Below are positions 1 through 13,378 of a stretch of DNA of 64,000 nucleotides, in pieces. Position numbers and translations under genes: made by a program. The stretch comes from Tubiluchus corallicola. Taxonomy: Eukaryota; Animalia; Priapulida. Below the pieces are notes generated by a model. It searched no databases. It was given only the letters and a program-made list of their open reading frames with translations, and had not been told where the DNA came from. The stretch's first letter is position 1, and each line of letters opens with the position of its first letter. The stretch covers positions 62,001 through 126,000 of the forward strand of contig JAQGDQ010000267.1 in assembly GCA_030141605.1 (NCBI GenBank). Direction: 5' to 3'.

Positions 1-244
1 ACTGACAGCCATTTATTAGTCAATAATCAGCATATTTCAACATTACAACATCTGCCTCTAATACTAAATTTCCAAGTTTTACATATCATTGATCATAAAA
101 TGAATTCCATGTTTAATAAGATTCATTATTATGTTTAGATGTACAGTTTCAAGAGGGTACAACTTGTCCCTCAAAACACCTAAATTTTGACCAAAACACT
201 AAAAGTTCAGTCAAATACATTGTTATTAGCACAGAAACGCTCAC

Positions 245-339
245 CCAATCAATGTCCTGATGGTCTTGCTTCCAGCTAACACGGGCCGAATAAGACGTGA
301 TGTTGTCAATAACTGGATGAGCATGCAAGTGTGGAAATT
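245..339 (-). CDS. Candidate internal exon encoding the start of a fibronectin type III-like domain (gene continues off the left edge)
   Basis: Bounded by ttttttctag acceptor and GG|GTGAGC donor; reads (E)FPHLHAHPVIDNITSYSARVSWKQDHQDIDW, resembling the FN3 pattern P..V..IT..S..VSW. A hydrophobic signal-like ORF segment lies upstream (~700-935) but I could not join it in phase. Confidence 0.4.
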
Positions 340-1840
340 CTAGAAAAAACAGTACAGTCAATAAGCTCTGCATCAGCCTATAGAAAGAAATGGGTAGCAA
401 ATTTTTGAAATGAATGAAGCTGAAAAGAAAGTCATAGGTAATATTGAACTGTTCTATACATAATAAAAATGAAGTTAAATACATGGGGCCTACAAATAAA
501 CATGCAATCAGCAATTTACGACCAAGCAGTTTTTGTAGATACTTGTAACTGACTGTATAAGCGAACATCAGTGTTTTATGACTGATCAGCAAGAAACCCT
601 CATTGATGCAAGACATCATACTTTAAAAGCAATGAACCCCTATTTGCTTGAGTAAAAGAAATGATGGATTTAACATCTTCCAAGTTTGGTAAATTCTTCC
701 TAACCCCCAGATGCTTTCCCACAAAAAAGTTATGCGTTAGGTTAAGCATAGCTCCTAAATTAAACAACAAAACAAGGAAGCACCACCAGTTTCGTACAGA
801 TTTCCCCATCACGCACGAACTATGGCTGCTGTGCTTAAAGAGTCGCATTATTGGACACAGCAAGTGACACCACGAAATGGCTAAACATGAAATCAAATCA
901 AGAAAATGGCCCAGCCAAGAGCTCTGCAAATCCATTGTGGCTTAACTTTCAACATCAAATGTCATTAAGCACTGAAAAACTTATAAAGCAGTAGTTATTC
1001 AGACTATAGGTTAATAGCCGTTTCAGGTTTTTACCATTCCGGGTCAGTCTCTGGTTGTGCAGTTCTTTAGCAGTAAAATTTGACTACATTAATTAATGTG
1101 TTGTACAAAGAAATACTTTTATACACATACATTGTTTCAATCTCCTACAAATAGAACAAGATTAATATTATGACGAAAACTGTAAAAATTGTACATAAAG
1201 TGTCTCATAAAAAATTGTGAAATTCAAATTTTAATGATTTTAACAAATAAAAATCTTGTATAATTTGGCAAGCAGCATTACATCCATAGAAATAAGCCTA
1301 TTAATCTGCTAGCTCTAACAAAAAAAAAATTGAAAATCTAGAAGCAATAACTTTTATACTTCACTGTTAAGGAGCAATGCCATATATTAATCATTTTCTC
1401 AAATTTAAAAACCTTTAAAATGATAAAAAAAACCATAAAAATGATTTGAAGAATCAGTACTCTGGATGGTGAACATGGCAACACTTGGATTGTTTGGAAC
1501 GGTCACAGAGTATAGGCTTCAACCTCTGCAAATGTTACATGCGACCTTATAAAAAAATGAACTTTTAAAAAGAGAAAAACTGCTAGAGTGCAGAGCAAAA
1601 AAGAGTTCCACATCTCCCATGAACTAGTTAATTGTGTGCTTTTGCCTGTAAAATCGAATAGAAGGAGCAGTTTCCAAACAAAAGGGATGAGGCTTTAGTT
1701 GTTGACCTATGGTTTTATCTCCCATGAACTAGTTAATTGTGAGCTTTTGCCTGTAAAATTACCATGATGACATGGCTTATATTTCATGAAAATTTGAACC
1801 AATTCTTTCCTGCACAATTCTGTTAATATATTGGTCATAC

Positions 1841-2890
1841 GCTTCCATCCAAGAACTATCTGTAGTCATAAGCTTCCCATCCAAGAACTTTCCATAGTCA
1901 TAAGCTTCCATCCAAGAACTTTCCATGGTCATAAGCTTCCATCCAAGAACTTGCCATGGTCATAAGCTTTCATCCAAGAACTTGCCATGGTCATAAGCTT
2001 TCATCCAAGAACTTTCCATAGTCATAAGCTTCCATCCAAGAACTTTCCACGATCATAAGCTTCCCATCCAAGAACTTTCCACGGTCATAAGCTTTCATCC
2101 AAGAACTTTCCATAGTCATAAGCTTTCATCCAAGAACTTTCCATGGTCATAAGCTTTCATCCAAGAACTTTCCATGGTCATAAACTTCCATCCAAGAACT
2201 TTCCATGGTCATAAGCTTCCATCCAAGAACTTTCCATGATCATAAGCTTCCCATCCAAGAACTTTCCATGGTCATAAGCTTTCATCCAAGCACTTTCCAT
2301 GGTCATAAGCTTTCATCCAAGAACTTTCCATAGTCATAAACTTCCATCCAAGAACTTTCCATGGTCATAAGCTTTCATCCAAGAACTTTCCACGATCATA
2401 AGCTTCCCATCCAAGAACTTTCCACGGTCATAAGCTTTCATCCAAGAACTTTCCATAGTCATAAGCTTTCATCCAAGAACTTTCCATGGTCATAAGCTTT
2501 CATCCAAGAACTTTCCATGGTCATAAACTTCCATCCAAGAACTTTCCATGGTCATAAGCTTCCATCCAAGAACTTTCCATGATCATAAGCTTCCCATCCA
2601 AGAACTTTCCATGGTCATAAGCTTTCATCCAAGCACTTTCCATGGTCATAAGCTTTCATCCAAGAACTTTCCATAGTCATAAACTTCCATCCAAGAACTT
2701 TCCATGGTCATAAGCTTTCATCCAAGAACTTTCCACGATCATAAGCTTCCCATCCAAGAACTTTCCACGGTCATAAGCTTTCATCCAAGAACTTTCCATA
2801 GTCATAAGCTTTCATCCAAGAACTTTCCATGGTCATAAGCTTTCATCGAAGAACTTTCCATGGCCATAAGCTTCCATCCAAAGACTTTCC
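1841..2890. repeat. 31-bp minisatellite (~33 units, consensus TTCCATCCAAGAACTTTCCATGGTCATAAGC) with 343-bp higher-order repeat
   Basis: Directly visible tandem array; variant CACGATCATA recurs at 2048, 2391, 2734 and AAGCACTTTC at 2288, 2631. Confidence 0.97.
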
Positions 2891-3474
2891 TTCCAAACTT
2901 TCGAAGGTAATGAGTGTTTAATTACATTAACTACATTATAATTGATTACTCAACAGGTGGTAGTAGTGTGTTGTAGCACAAAAAATTAACGAACCTGAGT
3001 TGCTCCAAGCCTCAGCTGATGCTTCGGCAGCATCTTTCGGCTACTTTCCGCTACTTAATGAAAGTTCAAACATTTTAAGACTAATTAATAGCACTTGAGA
3101 ACGATAAAATCCTAGTTTTGAAAAAAAACAGGAATTACGTCTCTAAAATTTCATAAACACTAAAATATATGATGTCTTATGAAACCACATATAATTTACA
3201 TTCATAAGTAAATAGGTTAGAACAAAAGCATAAATATTTACCTGTCATACCTGTCATCCGGCATAGTACTGTAGCAATTGAAAGGCAGATGAAAAAAGGA
3301 ATGTTTGTGTATTTTCTGTTCATCAATAAATGATATTAGCCACTAGATAAAGTACTCATCTTGCAAATATGACCTTAAGTGGCATTAAACCTGTAATAAA
3401 GAGTTAGTAAATAACTTTATTTCCAACATTTTCTCACTGTTTATTAGAATTAGAAATAGAATTTCACTCATTTG

Positions 3475-4541
3475 TCACCGATTACTTGAAAAGCAAGATC
3501 TCCTAATATAAGATTGATGGTAGTGATTGACGTAATTGATTACTTGTCCGTAAGTCTTTGGAATCGATTAATCTGCTAACTAATACTAAACGATTACTTT
3601 TGTGTTTATGAATTTATCATAATTTGAGATACAAATAAAGAAAAATTCATTTGAAATAACTTTTAACACGGAAAAAATTGTGGATGCAAACATTAAACAC
3701 TCTCAAATGTGGATAGCTCCACCTTCAGACAATGACTTAGAAAGCACATATAGTACGTGACCGGATCCTGTGCTGTGGCAAAATGGACTTAGGACATGTG
3801 CTACTACTGTACTCTGCAAACCAGGGTGGCACTGTCCCTGGGTGGTCTGACATGATAAAAAAACAACTATGAAATCATACTGCTGGCTAAATATGCTTTC
3901 AATATCAAACATGACTGGTTTTAAACAAGTGTGATGCATCCGTTTTTAATAAAATCCCACTGTTTCAATATAGTGATGGATACTCTTTCAGGTGCAATTA
4001 AGGCATTTTAATGCAGGCAACTTCAAAATTTTATGGCAACTAAATTTCAGGAATCTTTGTAGAAAAAATAAAATCTTGCCTCAGCATCCATTGATTACAA
4101 AGCAGTAAGAACTATTTATATTATCAAATCTGATAACAGTTGAAAGAACATTTTCTGGTTTATAAGTACATGTAAATCTTGCTTTAAAATTTGCATAAAA
4201 TAATTAATAACACAGATTCAAATCGTACATGATTTGCACACAGCTTATTTTATAACCTTTGCTTTAAATATTAATTTCAGCACAATATATATATATATAT
4301 ATATATGCTGCACTAAATGAGAAGTAAGCCCAAAAACTAGCCCGATTGCAGTGTTGCTATGAGGGATTTCGTTAAAGAGCTGCATTTCTGGCTGTGGGAG
4401 CACAGATTTGTACAGGCTGTCGGTGGACAGACACACCCCCACCCCCGAGGATAGGATACCACTCAGCCATCTCTCAGTAATCGATTACTGAGTGAAACTA
4501 ATCGGTAATCGCAATTACTTGAAATATATTGCCCAACCCTA
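3475..4541. mobile_element. Possible decayed hAT-like non-autonomous element
   Basis: Clusters of GTAATC/GATTAC subterminal-type motifs at 3475-3600 and 4478-4520, right end GCCCAACCCTA (rc TAGGGTTGGGC). Left terminus and TSD not resolved. Confidence 0.3.
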
Positions 4542-7500
4542 ATTGATGATAATCATAAACAGTTGGATGTATTCAATGATACTGACAAACACATATTAAA
4601 AATATGGTATGAAAAGTTAACTGCGAAAGATTTTGCACCAACACTAATAACGATGGAAAAATTTTTCTGCAAAATGCAGATACAACTTATTAATTATATG
4701 TGTAATATAGCTAAAAACATAATACCACAGATAATACTAAATGCATATTGTGTCATTATCCTGCATTTAATGAATTAGAATAAAAAGTGTAAATAAGACA
4801 CAGTATAACTAATCTGTAGTTACTATGTAGTCTACATAGATGAAGGTGTGGTGAAGTGAAGGTAAGTTATCTAGTCATGATCAGCCATGCTGATATCAAC
4901 TATACAGAGTTAACAATTATTAGTACATTACTATGAAGAGGGCAAAACGATCAGGTGAAATAAAATACGCGGACAGAGTTAATCGAGTGAATACGTGAGG
5001 ACAATCTGTTCTTGCACAACTAGTCTCCGATGTATATTTCTGGGACACGATTCCAGCAGAACAAGTTCATATAAACGTGATAATTTATTTCGAAAGTACA
5101 ATACAGATCATATTACATAATTATGCATGTCAACACAGTAATGAAAAATATTCAAACACGAGGCTGTGTTACATTTAGAAGCTAAATATTAAATTATACG
5201 AAAAGCGAAATTTTCAAAATGAAACACAAACAAAACTTCGCAGCAGAAGAATTTGAATTCTTAGCAATGCAACAATAGCAGATATCTTCGGTAGTTTAAA
5301 CAAAGTGTCAAAGAGGTAGTGACGAAAGCCCTATTGTTAGGTATTTCGTTTTTGCCATTAGCGGCTATGCTAGCGGCATCAAACGACGGATGATTAAAAA
5401 ATTTTGAGAGGCGCAATGACTGTAACAATAATAGTCTTAAGTTCACCAATAATGTTGGCATACTCGCAATTTCGATAAGCCAAAATCACGTTTGCGTTTT
5501 TAATAAAAGAAGAATATATCAATTAACAGCAATTATTAGTTTAAAAAACTGAAAACACTTCATGAAAAGGAAAAAAATTGTAGTAATAAGTTTGTATAAT
5601 GTACTTGCAAATACTTCTTCAGTTTGCATGTAAGAAAAATTTTATTGTTCTTCCCGAGGAAAGAGGCTAGCTGACTGTGCGATGGGCTGCCTACTATGTA
5701 AAAAAGTAATGCACTTTTTATTGATTTTTCTCTCCCTCCCTCTCTTGCAGAAAAAGAGAGGAAGGGAGAGAGAGACAAAGAAAGAGGGAGAGAAAGGGAA
5801 ACAGTGAAAGCGAGAGAGAGAGAGAAAGAGAGAGAGAGACAGAGAGAGAAAGAGATCCTTCTTTTCCTTTTGTTGAAGGTTCTGCCATTTGTTTCTTGGT
5901 CGTTTTACTTCAATGTGAGGTATCGAATTTGGCACATTAAAAATTGCACCCATTTACCGTGCAATTAAGCTATATAATTACAGATATATTATATTGTAGG
6001 TTGGTATATCAATAATGAATATGCACGCACACACACAACAAGTAATTGCATATGGTGCTTCATATACATGTATGATGTATGCATTCTATGAAGAGCGCCT
6101 TTATATAGCCTATATATTTAACAATATAAATTGATTGCCCTTAGCACATAGGACTATATAAAATCAATTAATTTAAGCCCATCAATAAATAAGTTATTTA
6201 TCAAGACTTGTCTGCAGATTTAGCCACAGGTGTTTTATTAGCATGCTTATACAACTACATATTTTACATGTAAACAAATTGTGTTTAACGAACATTTATT
6301 TTGACGTAAATACGTTTTGTCCAGCTTCATTAACTTCCTACTGAGGCTTGCATTTTTGGAGAAATAATTTTAAAGATGCCGAGCACTTAACCGTATATGA
6401 GTGTGAGAAGCATTTTTTATTGAGAACGTATAAATTAAATGTATCTAAAAATAATAAAAATACACTAGATGAGAAACTCGGTCAAAATTTACTGATCATT
6501 TAATTGACTAGATGTAATATACTAGTCGGTGTTCGGCCAGAAGTGCAGCAGACAAGCGTGCTTCATCACTAAACGATCCCTTCTAAGTAAAGTTCGCAGT
6601 TTTTTATGCATTCGTGAAAAATTTTTGTATGCTAAAAAGCACATTAGTTTTTTCACAGGAAAGTGAAACTTTTATAGAAAAATATGTACATGTACCTTGA
6701 TGTGTTCTTCAAGAAAACTCTCATTCTTTATAAAGTCGTCTAACAGCTGTCGTCACCCCTCTAGCTTTTTCATCTACTTGTAATAAGCATTTATTTTATC
6801 TTGTTTTCATACTTATATATTTAGGTGTAGATATATAATAAGCGCTAAGATTCTTGCTGTAATTTAACCAGATTTTGTTTTGTGGGAGCAAGAATATGAA
6901 GCTAAGATAGTCTTGTATCTTAGTATATCTAAAAATATATAACACTAAGCTAATATACTATTTTTGTAAGTAATGAAACATGGTTAAGTCAGTAGCGAGA
7001 AATGGTTTAGACAATTTTTCGAAGGCAAATCTACATGACTTAATAAATCATTTTTTGTTGCAAGATTAAAACTTTAAATGTCTTGTGCACACGCAAATAC
7101 TTATGCCCATAGCTATGCTATTCCACTTCCTGGTTAACAAACCCTTAATGTATTTGAATGCAATAAGGATAGAAAAAACTGCGAATAGTAGAAATAAGTA
7201 TAAATATATTTAACAGATTCGTGGAAGATAGGCTATTTATATCCACCGTGAACATTAATATTTGTAATGTTATGACCCAGCTGCCGATTCTAATTTATGC
7301 GCCAGGTTGGGTTTTCACCTGAATTATGTAACTTGATTTTGACCTAGTTAGGAAAAAAGAGGAGTAATGTCGTAAATGCATCTCTGTTTGTTCAACGTGA
7401 TTTTATAACCAACTCATAACAAAGGCCAATGTATGATTATATGCTTTTTAAACATCTTTTAACTTGGAATTAACAAAACATGCAGATGCTTAGATTAAGT

Positions 7501-8326
7501 TTTGTTCTGGAAAAATTATTTGCTCTTCTGAAAAAATCGATTTTTTTCTATGAAAAGTATTACACATGAAAGTCAGGCCTAATATTTCTTCAAGTTAAGA
7601 TTTCCTGATAAAAAGATATTAAATAGGAATGTTTTTAGAAAAAACATTTCTCCAGAAATAGAATACTACATGAGCCAGGTATTTGCAAACTATCTTTATG
7701 ATCAACTTTCTTAACTTCTTTTGTAAATAAGCCTATTAATTTTCATGAGATATGATTATAATAGTTTTTACTTTAACTACTAATTATTCTTATTGCCTTA
7801 TGCTTGCTTTAAATAATATTCAAAAATATAACAGCTGTTATAAATCGCCAAAATCCGATGTAGGCCTTGCAGTCCTTGCTTAGTGTGCAAAAATATTTAA
7901 CTTGTAACAAAAGGTACAAAACTGTGTTATAATTACCTGGCTGCATCCTTGGGAAATTTAAAAAGATGTTTTCATTTGTGTTTTCGCAACTCATTGCTGA
8001 GCAATTTATGAGCGCCTGTTAACTGGCCTAGCTTTGGTAGTCTCATCAATTCATTTGCTACAGTACACACAGCTTGCGCTATAGCGTACCTGACAACAAT
8101 AGTCCGTACTGCTGTGCCGCTAGGGTGACACTAACTTTTCCCTAATTTGTTTTTCTATACTTTGGTTTAAATCAGAATCAGATCCTAACAGATAGATCTA
8201 CGCATTTTGTTAGCTATGAGCTAAATTCGGCACTTGCCCTACCACAACCCACAATTTTTTCCGGGTGATTAAAATATACGTACTCATAGTTATTGGAAAA
8301 AGACTAAATTTACATGATTTAGTAGC

Positions 8327-8490
8327 ACCAGACGACACAGTTACGAGCTCTATGAGAGAAGAGCCAACACAGATAGATATCGACTTAGTTCTTCCCATGC
8401 TGAGATTCATCTCTGGAACTCGTTACACTAACATATAGTTAGTGCTGCAAATGTGACGTGTTTCAAGAATAACCTTGACAAACACCTCTG
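8327..8490 (+). mobile_element. CR1/L2-like LINE ORF2 C-terminal fragment
   Basis: Translates TRRHSYELYERRANTDRYRLSSSHAEIHLWNSLH*HIVSAANVTCFKNNLDKH, matching the TRGH...WNxLP.....A..V..FK..LD motif; in-frame stop. Confidence 0.7.
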
Positions 8491-9688
8491 TACAAGGAAT
8501 TTCCTATTTTAACGCCACCTGGAGTGCTTGGTGATGGAGTAGGCTGTCGCACCTACACCAAGAACTTGTCAGAGCTCTATAAGGTCTATTACACAACTCT
8601 TTTGCCATAAACACGTATTTTCATGTGAGCCAAGGACTCAATAGAAAGGTGCTCACCAACTGGTGAGTGATTATTTTTTTACTAGGTTTTGAATGATAAT
8701 CTACATAAATCAGTGCAATTTTGATTATGACAAAAGCCCTTTAATAAGCCACCTAAATAAATCATTGAGATTTTGCTTCCGTGACGGTGTTAAGTGACAA
8801 CTTTTTTGTTTCATGTTAGCAAATAAAAATTGTTTTTCAATATAATTATTTACATGTACCCAAGTGTTGTTGTTCTTGATGATTCTTTCAGTGAAATCTA
8901 AACTTGTTTGTTTTTCATCCGTGATCCGTAGGCCAAGACTATGAAGATCAAAACACAGTAATTGAATTCATCATGTTTGATGGTGAATTACGCGAAACAA
9001 ATTGCATTTTGTTTTACTGAAATCGGGACTTTTAACTCTTTGCTGATGACCTAGAGGGTCAGCCACATGAGCTAATGTGCATAGGTGTAATGTAATGTTG
9101 CTCATACCACATGTCACAGTAAGCGTCCGATCGTTTTTTCGTTTTCAGTTTTTCGTCCTCAGTGGGTTTTTTACTCAGTGGTTAACCAATTTGAGCGTAT
9201 AGCTCTTATGCCATTTAATTCGTCTCATTGAGACATTGATTCGTAGTAACAGAAAAAGTGTTTGTTAAAAAACGAAAATTAATTTTTTTGCAAGAACGTC
9301 GTAGTTTCAAGATTTTTACATGCCTTTACTCTTTACTATACACGTAGGTAGATAATTTATTTTACGATTGTGTTATAAATTATTATTTTTAAATACAGTC
9401 ATCCTGTTAGCATATTTAATTTTCAATGCTGTAATAATTGCGAAAGCCTCTTAGGCTTCGACTTTAATTTTAGGCCTATCTTACAGGCGTTATAATACGG
9501 TGTAATGCTCATAGTCCGCATATATATTGTAAACATATTTACTAAACAAACACCATTTATTTATTTACTCATTAGGCTATGCCGACTTAAGTGTTTACCA
9601 TGTGCTATGCTGACTATATGGCCTATAACACCCAATCAATGTTAGTTAGTTTCACGGTTTACTGGATTGAAATGCAAAACTGGGAACA

Positions 9689-12359
9689 ATGATGATGATG
9701 ATGACGATACGGTGGTTATTCGTTTTTATTATCATGATTTGCGTTGTTAAGGTCGCTTGGGGTAAGTAACCAGTTAATGCGGATCAGTGTGCAGAAACAG
9801 ATTTATTATTATTTTTAATATGATTTATCTCTTTCAGTCCACATTGTTATGTATTTATCTAATTGTGATGTCTGGTGAATAAATTATGTTTATCGGTAAT
9901 GGCTGCTTGTACGTAGTTCACAATACACATCACGCAGATTTATGTAGCCATAATTCAATTTTGCACTTTGCGCGCATTTTTACACAGCTTACATAGATTG
10001 CGAATATGGTTTCACATGGATGTGCACTTTTCATACACTTGCGTACGGTTGCACAACATTATTATAACAGCGACAACATAGTTTTTCATTTGGTTTTGAA
10101 ATTTCACACGTTTTGTGACTTTCATGTATCAACGGAGCTTCCACAATGCGAAATAAGTCCATAAATTGGGAATCACGCATATAAACCATTCTCTAATAAA
10201 CTGGATGCGAAAATCAAGCGATGTGTTACGCGTTATAATTTATAATCATTGTGCACATGACAACCCAATCCTGAGGTGGTGATTGGCATCGTTCAGTGGG
10301 AACGGTGGGGCGGTATGTCACTGTCGTTGCCGTTGCTATTGCTGTTGGTCCTGCTGTTCCTGTTGCTTTTGTCGTTGGCTGTTACTTTTACGGAACTATC
10401 TTTATTTATGTTCATTGCAGCTGATGGGTATGATTGCTATGTTTGCCTATATGAACCTGGTAACTCGTACTCTAGCGATGGGTGTGGCGAGCCGTTTAAA
10501 GAAGATGAAGACTGGATTTTTTCAGATTGTAAACAATGTTTAAAATCCACAGAACCTTATGGTAAGTTTTGATTATAATAATCAACTGCCTTACCTGCCT
10601 TATTATAATTGACATTTATTCGTACCTGAGCTGGCTCAATGCTGACGTAGGATTAATGTACATATTGTTACACCTCAACGAAACATTTTTAGATATTGCA
10701 AAAAACAAACAATTTTAAACTAACATTATATTGATAGTACTAACCGAAAATTATTATTAAATGTTGGTAACAAATTTGAAAGTCAGGAAACGTGAAAAAA
10801 TTGGAATGCAGCGCGGATTTGTAGACGGCCTAGTCGAATCGCCGTCGTGCGAGCGATCTAACAACGCTGAATTTGTTGACCAACTATGAGGATCAATTAT
10901 GGACTTTCTTGATCACTAGTGGACGCGATAGTCTAGTGGTCCAAGACGCGTGTCTTGTAAGCAGAAGGTCCCTCGTTCAAATCCAGGTTATTTCCAACTG
11001 TCTCACATTTCCCGTTTTCGTGTTTGGTGTCAAAATTTAATTAATTGTGGGTTTCTGTTGTCATTAATAATAATTCTAATATATAATTTTGCTTTGACAT
11101 TAATATAATAGTTATGCTGATTATACTGTAGAACATTATACTGTTTTCTGATAGCAAATTTGAATAATTTGTTGCTCAGTTGAGAACGCCATCTTAGCTA
11201 CTATATTCATTTGTAAACTGCCAAGGATTTGCTACTAGCATTAATAATCCCAAAAATACACTTGGTTTAACCATTAAGCAAAATAAGCACGTACTTAGGG
11301 CTTCAGGGAAGAGGCGCCCACATAATTTTGTTCAAATCGAACAAATATCCAAAAGTAAAAGTACCGTGTATGTATATGTACAAGTATATGTGTGGTGGCA
11401 GAAAATGCTGAATGGCTGCCGCTTTGTAAGATTTAGAGTCGTCTCTGTACTTTAAATTTAATATCACTTTTTTACGCCATGTAAAGCTGGTGCTCTACCA
11501 TTTACTGTAAATAAATCTTACTAAAATTTTTCATCTCAAAAAATAAAATTTCATTTTACAGGTTAGTATTACGCATAAAATGGGATACCGTAATCTTTAC
11601 GGTACCTAAGGGCTCTTAAGGTTTTAATTTGGCCCTGTACGAAAGGAGAAAAAGAAGGAGAGCGGGAGGGAGAAAGAGAAAAACAACTAAAAAAATTATA
11701 GGAACAAAAAATAGAAATAGGCCAATCTGATCAGGCGTTATAAAAAACATTATAATCTAACATTGTCTTAACATTTTCTTAGAATATTATTGAATTGAAT
11801 TGAATTTTATTTGCACTTTTAAGAAAATAATAATGCACAAATAAATTGTAAAAAGTTAAAAGTGCTGGAGCGACCAGCGCTAACGAGGCACAAAAAATCT
11901 GATGCACAAAATCACAATTAACTTTCAACGTTACGACAGCGACTTAAGGAGCAACACAGGTTAGTACAATAAAACTATTGATCATCTAAAACTTTATGAA
12001 ATTACGACCAATCAATAGAAAAAACACTTAGGTGAGAATTTATAATTAAGCATACAGACAAACCATGTAAATTGCTAGTGACAATTGGAAAAAATATTTA
12101 CAAATTGTACGTACATGGGAATTCAGGAGACAAATACGAAGAGCATCCTACTTATTTTTTAGGTTCTGATGTTAGAATTGTCAGGTCATGCAGCCCATCC
12201 GTGATCAAAGAAGAAGACGTCTGCAGTGAAGAACTTGGAGGTGTCATCTGCTACTGCAGAAGTGATCTTTGTAATGGAGGAATTAGCAACTCGCGTCCAT
12301 GTCTTATTTTAACAATTATTCTATCTTGTTTGGCGGGAACTGTATTTGCGGCATTTTGA
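9689..12359 (+). CDS. GPI-anchored Ly6/uPAR three-finger protein, quiver/sleepless-like
   Basis: Exons 9689-9761 (signal peptide MMMMMTIRWLFVFIIMICVVKVAW, G|GTAAGT), 10421-10561 (ADGYDCYVC...GCGEPF...CKQCLKS), 12163-12359 (IVRSC...C...ICYCRSDLCN plus hydrophobic tail); both introns phase 1 with GT-AG; CxCxxDLCN motif then GPI-type tail. Confidence 0.88.
10921..10996 (+). pseudogene. tRNA-derived sequence (Thr-TGT-like loop), pseudo-tRNA or SINE head in intron 2 of the Ly6 gene
   Basis: A box TAGTCTAGTGG, anticodon-loop-like CTTGTAA, B box GTTCAAATCC; acceptor stem pairs only 3/7 (GGACGCG vs TATTTCC), so not a functional tRNA. Confidence 0.65.
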
Positions 12360-12644
12360 TGTATCGTGCAAAATGGGCGACCATTTCATTTTTATACTAA
12401 AAGACCTTCAAGCATTCTTGTTCCTTACTCAATTTAGCAAGGTTTCAATTATTTAATCAGTAAATATTCAAATAATTCTGTTTTTTTTTCATTTCGATTG
12501 CTACTTTGTTTATTGTTTTCGTATCTTTATTTGTGCGTGTACATTGCATAACAATGAAAATTTTCATTAACAGGCAAGTGTTGCGTTGGTGTGAAAAGTG
12601 AAACCTTGGTGCATTCGGGAAGTGAATGGAATAGCTGAGTGTTT

Positions 12645-12710
12645 GTGATCTGTGTATTTGTCGATAAAGCTAGGCAACATTGGGCCTGGTCAGTTAAATT
12701 ACAGGATGCA
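12645..12710 (+). pseudogene. Degenerate 5S rRNA-derived fragment (SINE3-like or 5S pseudogene piece)
   Basis: AAAGCTAGGCAACATTGGGCCTGGTCAGTT...GGATG resembles the 5S internal control region GAAGCTAAGCAGGGTCGGGCCTGGTTAGTACTTGGATG. Confidence 0.4.
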
Positions 12711-12843
12711 AATCTTCTGGATATATATATGCCTACATCACACTACCACCTGCCATTTGATTCAGTAAGGACCGATGTAGGTAATAACATGATTTGCTAG
12801 TAACGTTGCTTTTGTAATATACATTTACATGACATGATGCATA

Positions 12844-13378
12844 TTTTTGCTGACGCTTTGGAGTACCGGACTCCATATTTATAATACATGTACCATAAAA
12901 ATTATGATGACTGAACAACAACTTTACATTCTAAGCTGTTCTAAACTTATTTAAAAAAATAACAACGTCAAATTTTAAACAATAAAAATTCCAAATTATT
13001 CAATAATTATGATATAGTTATATCCTTCCACTTTTGCGTTTAATGTACGCTTCCTTTACTAGACAATTAAACTTATTGTCCGCAACATCTAAAACAGAAA
13101 AATCCTTCTTCAAACAGCAACATTACAATTTGGATTATGTTCAACAAATAGTGCACTAGATTAGGTTTCTGTGTGGTTTCTAAATGTTCACTGTCGAAGG
13201 GTATAGATATAATTTAACTACAGAATAATTTGGAATATTTGCATTCCAACCATATTTGGACTGTGAGGTCATTTTCAGTAGGTTTAGAACAGTTTAGAAT
13301 GCGAAATTGTTGTTCAGTTATCACATGGTGCATGTATTATGAATATGGAGTCCGCTATTCTGAAACGTAAATAAAAAT
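12844..13378. repeat. Imperfect long inverted repeat (fold-back/MITE-like) between two convergent genes
   Basis: GGACTCCATATTTATAATACATGTACCAT...ACTGAACAACAA...CATTCTAAGCTGTTCTAAAC (12868-12946) is the reverse complement of GTTTAGAACAGTTTAGAATG...TTGTTGTTCAGT...ATGGTGCATGTATTATGAATATGGAGTCC (13282-13353); weaker matches extend inward. Confidence 0.8.

Noticed and set aside
149-935. ORFs 149-619 and 600-935 as complete proteins or a programmed frameshift
   Set aside because: Mostly read-through of intronic sequence; only 245-339 has good splice sites and a domain-like pattern.
1841-2890. CRISPR-like appearance of ~31-bp repeats (also 35321-35659)
   Set aside because: Units are directly adjacent with no unique spacers, no cas genes, eukaryotic context.
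10921-10996. Functional tRNA-Thr gene
   Set aside because: Acceptor and anticodon stems do not pair properly; treated as pseudo-tRNA/SINE head.
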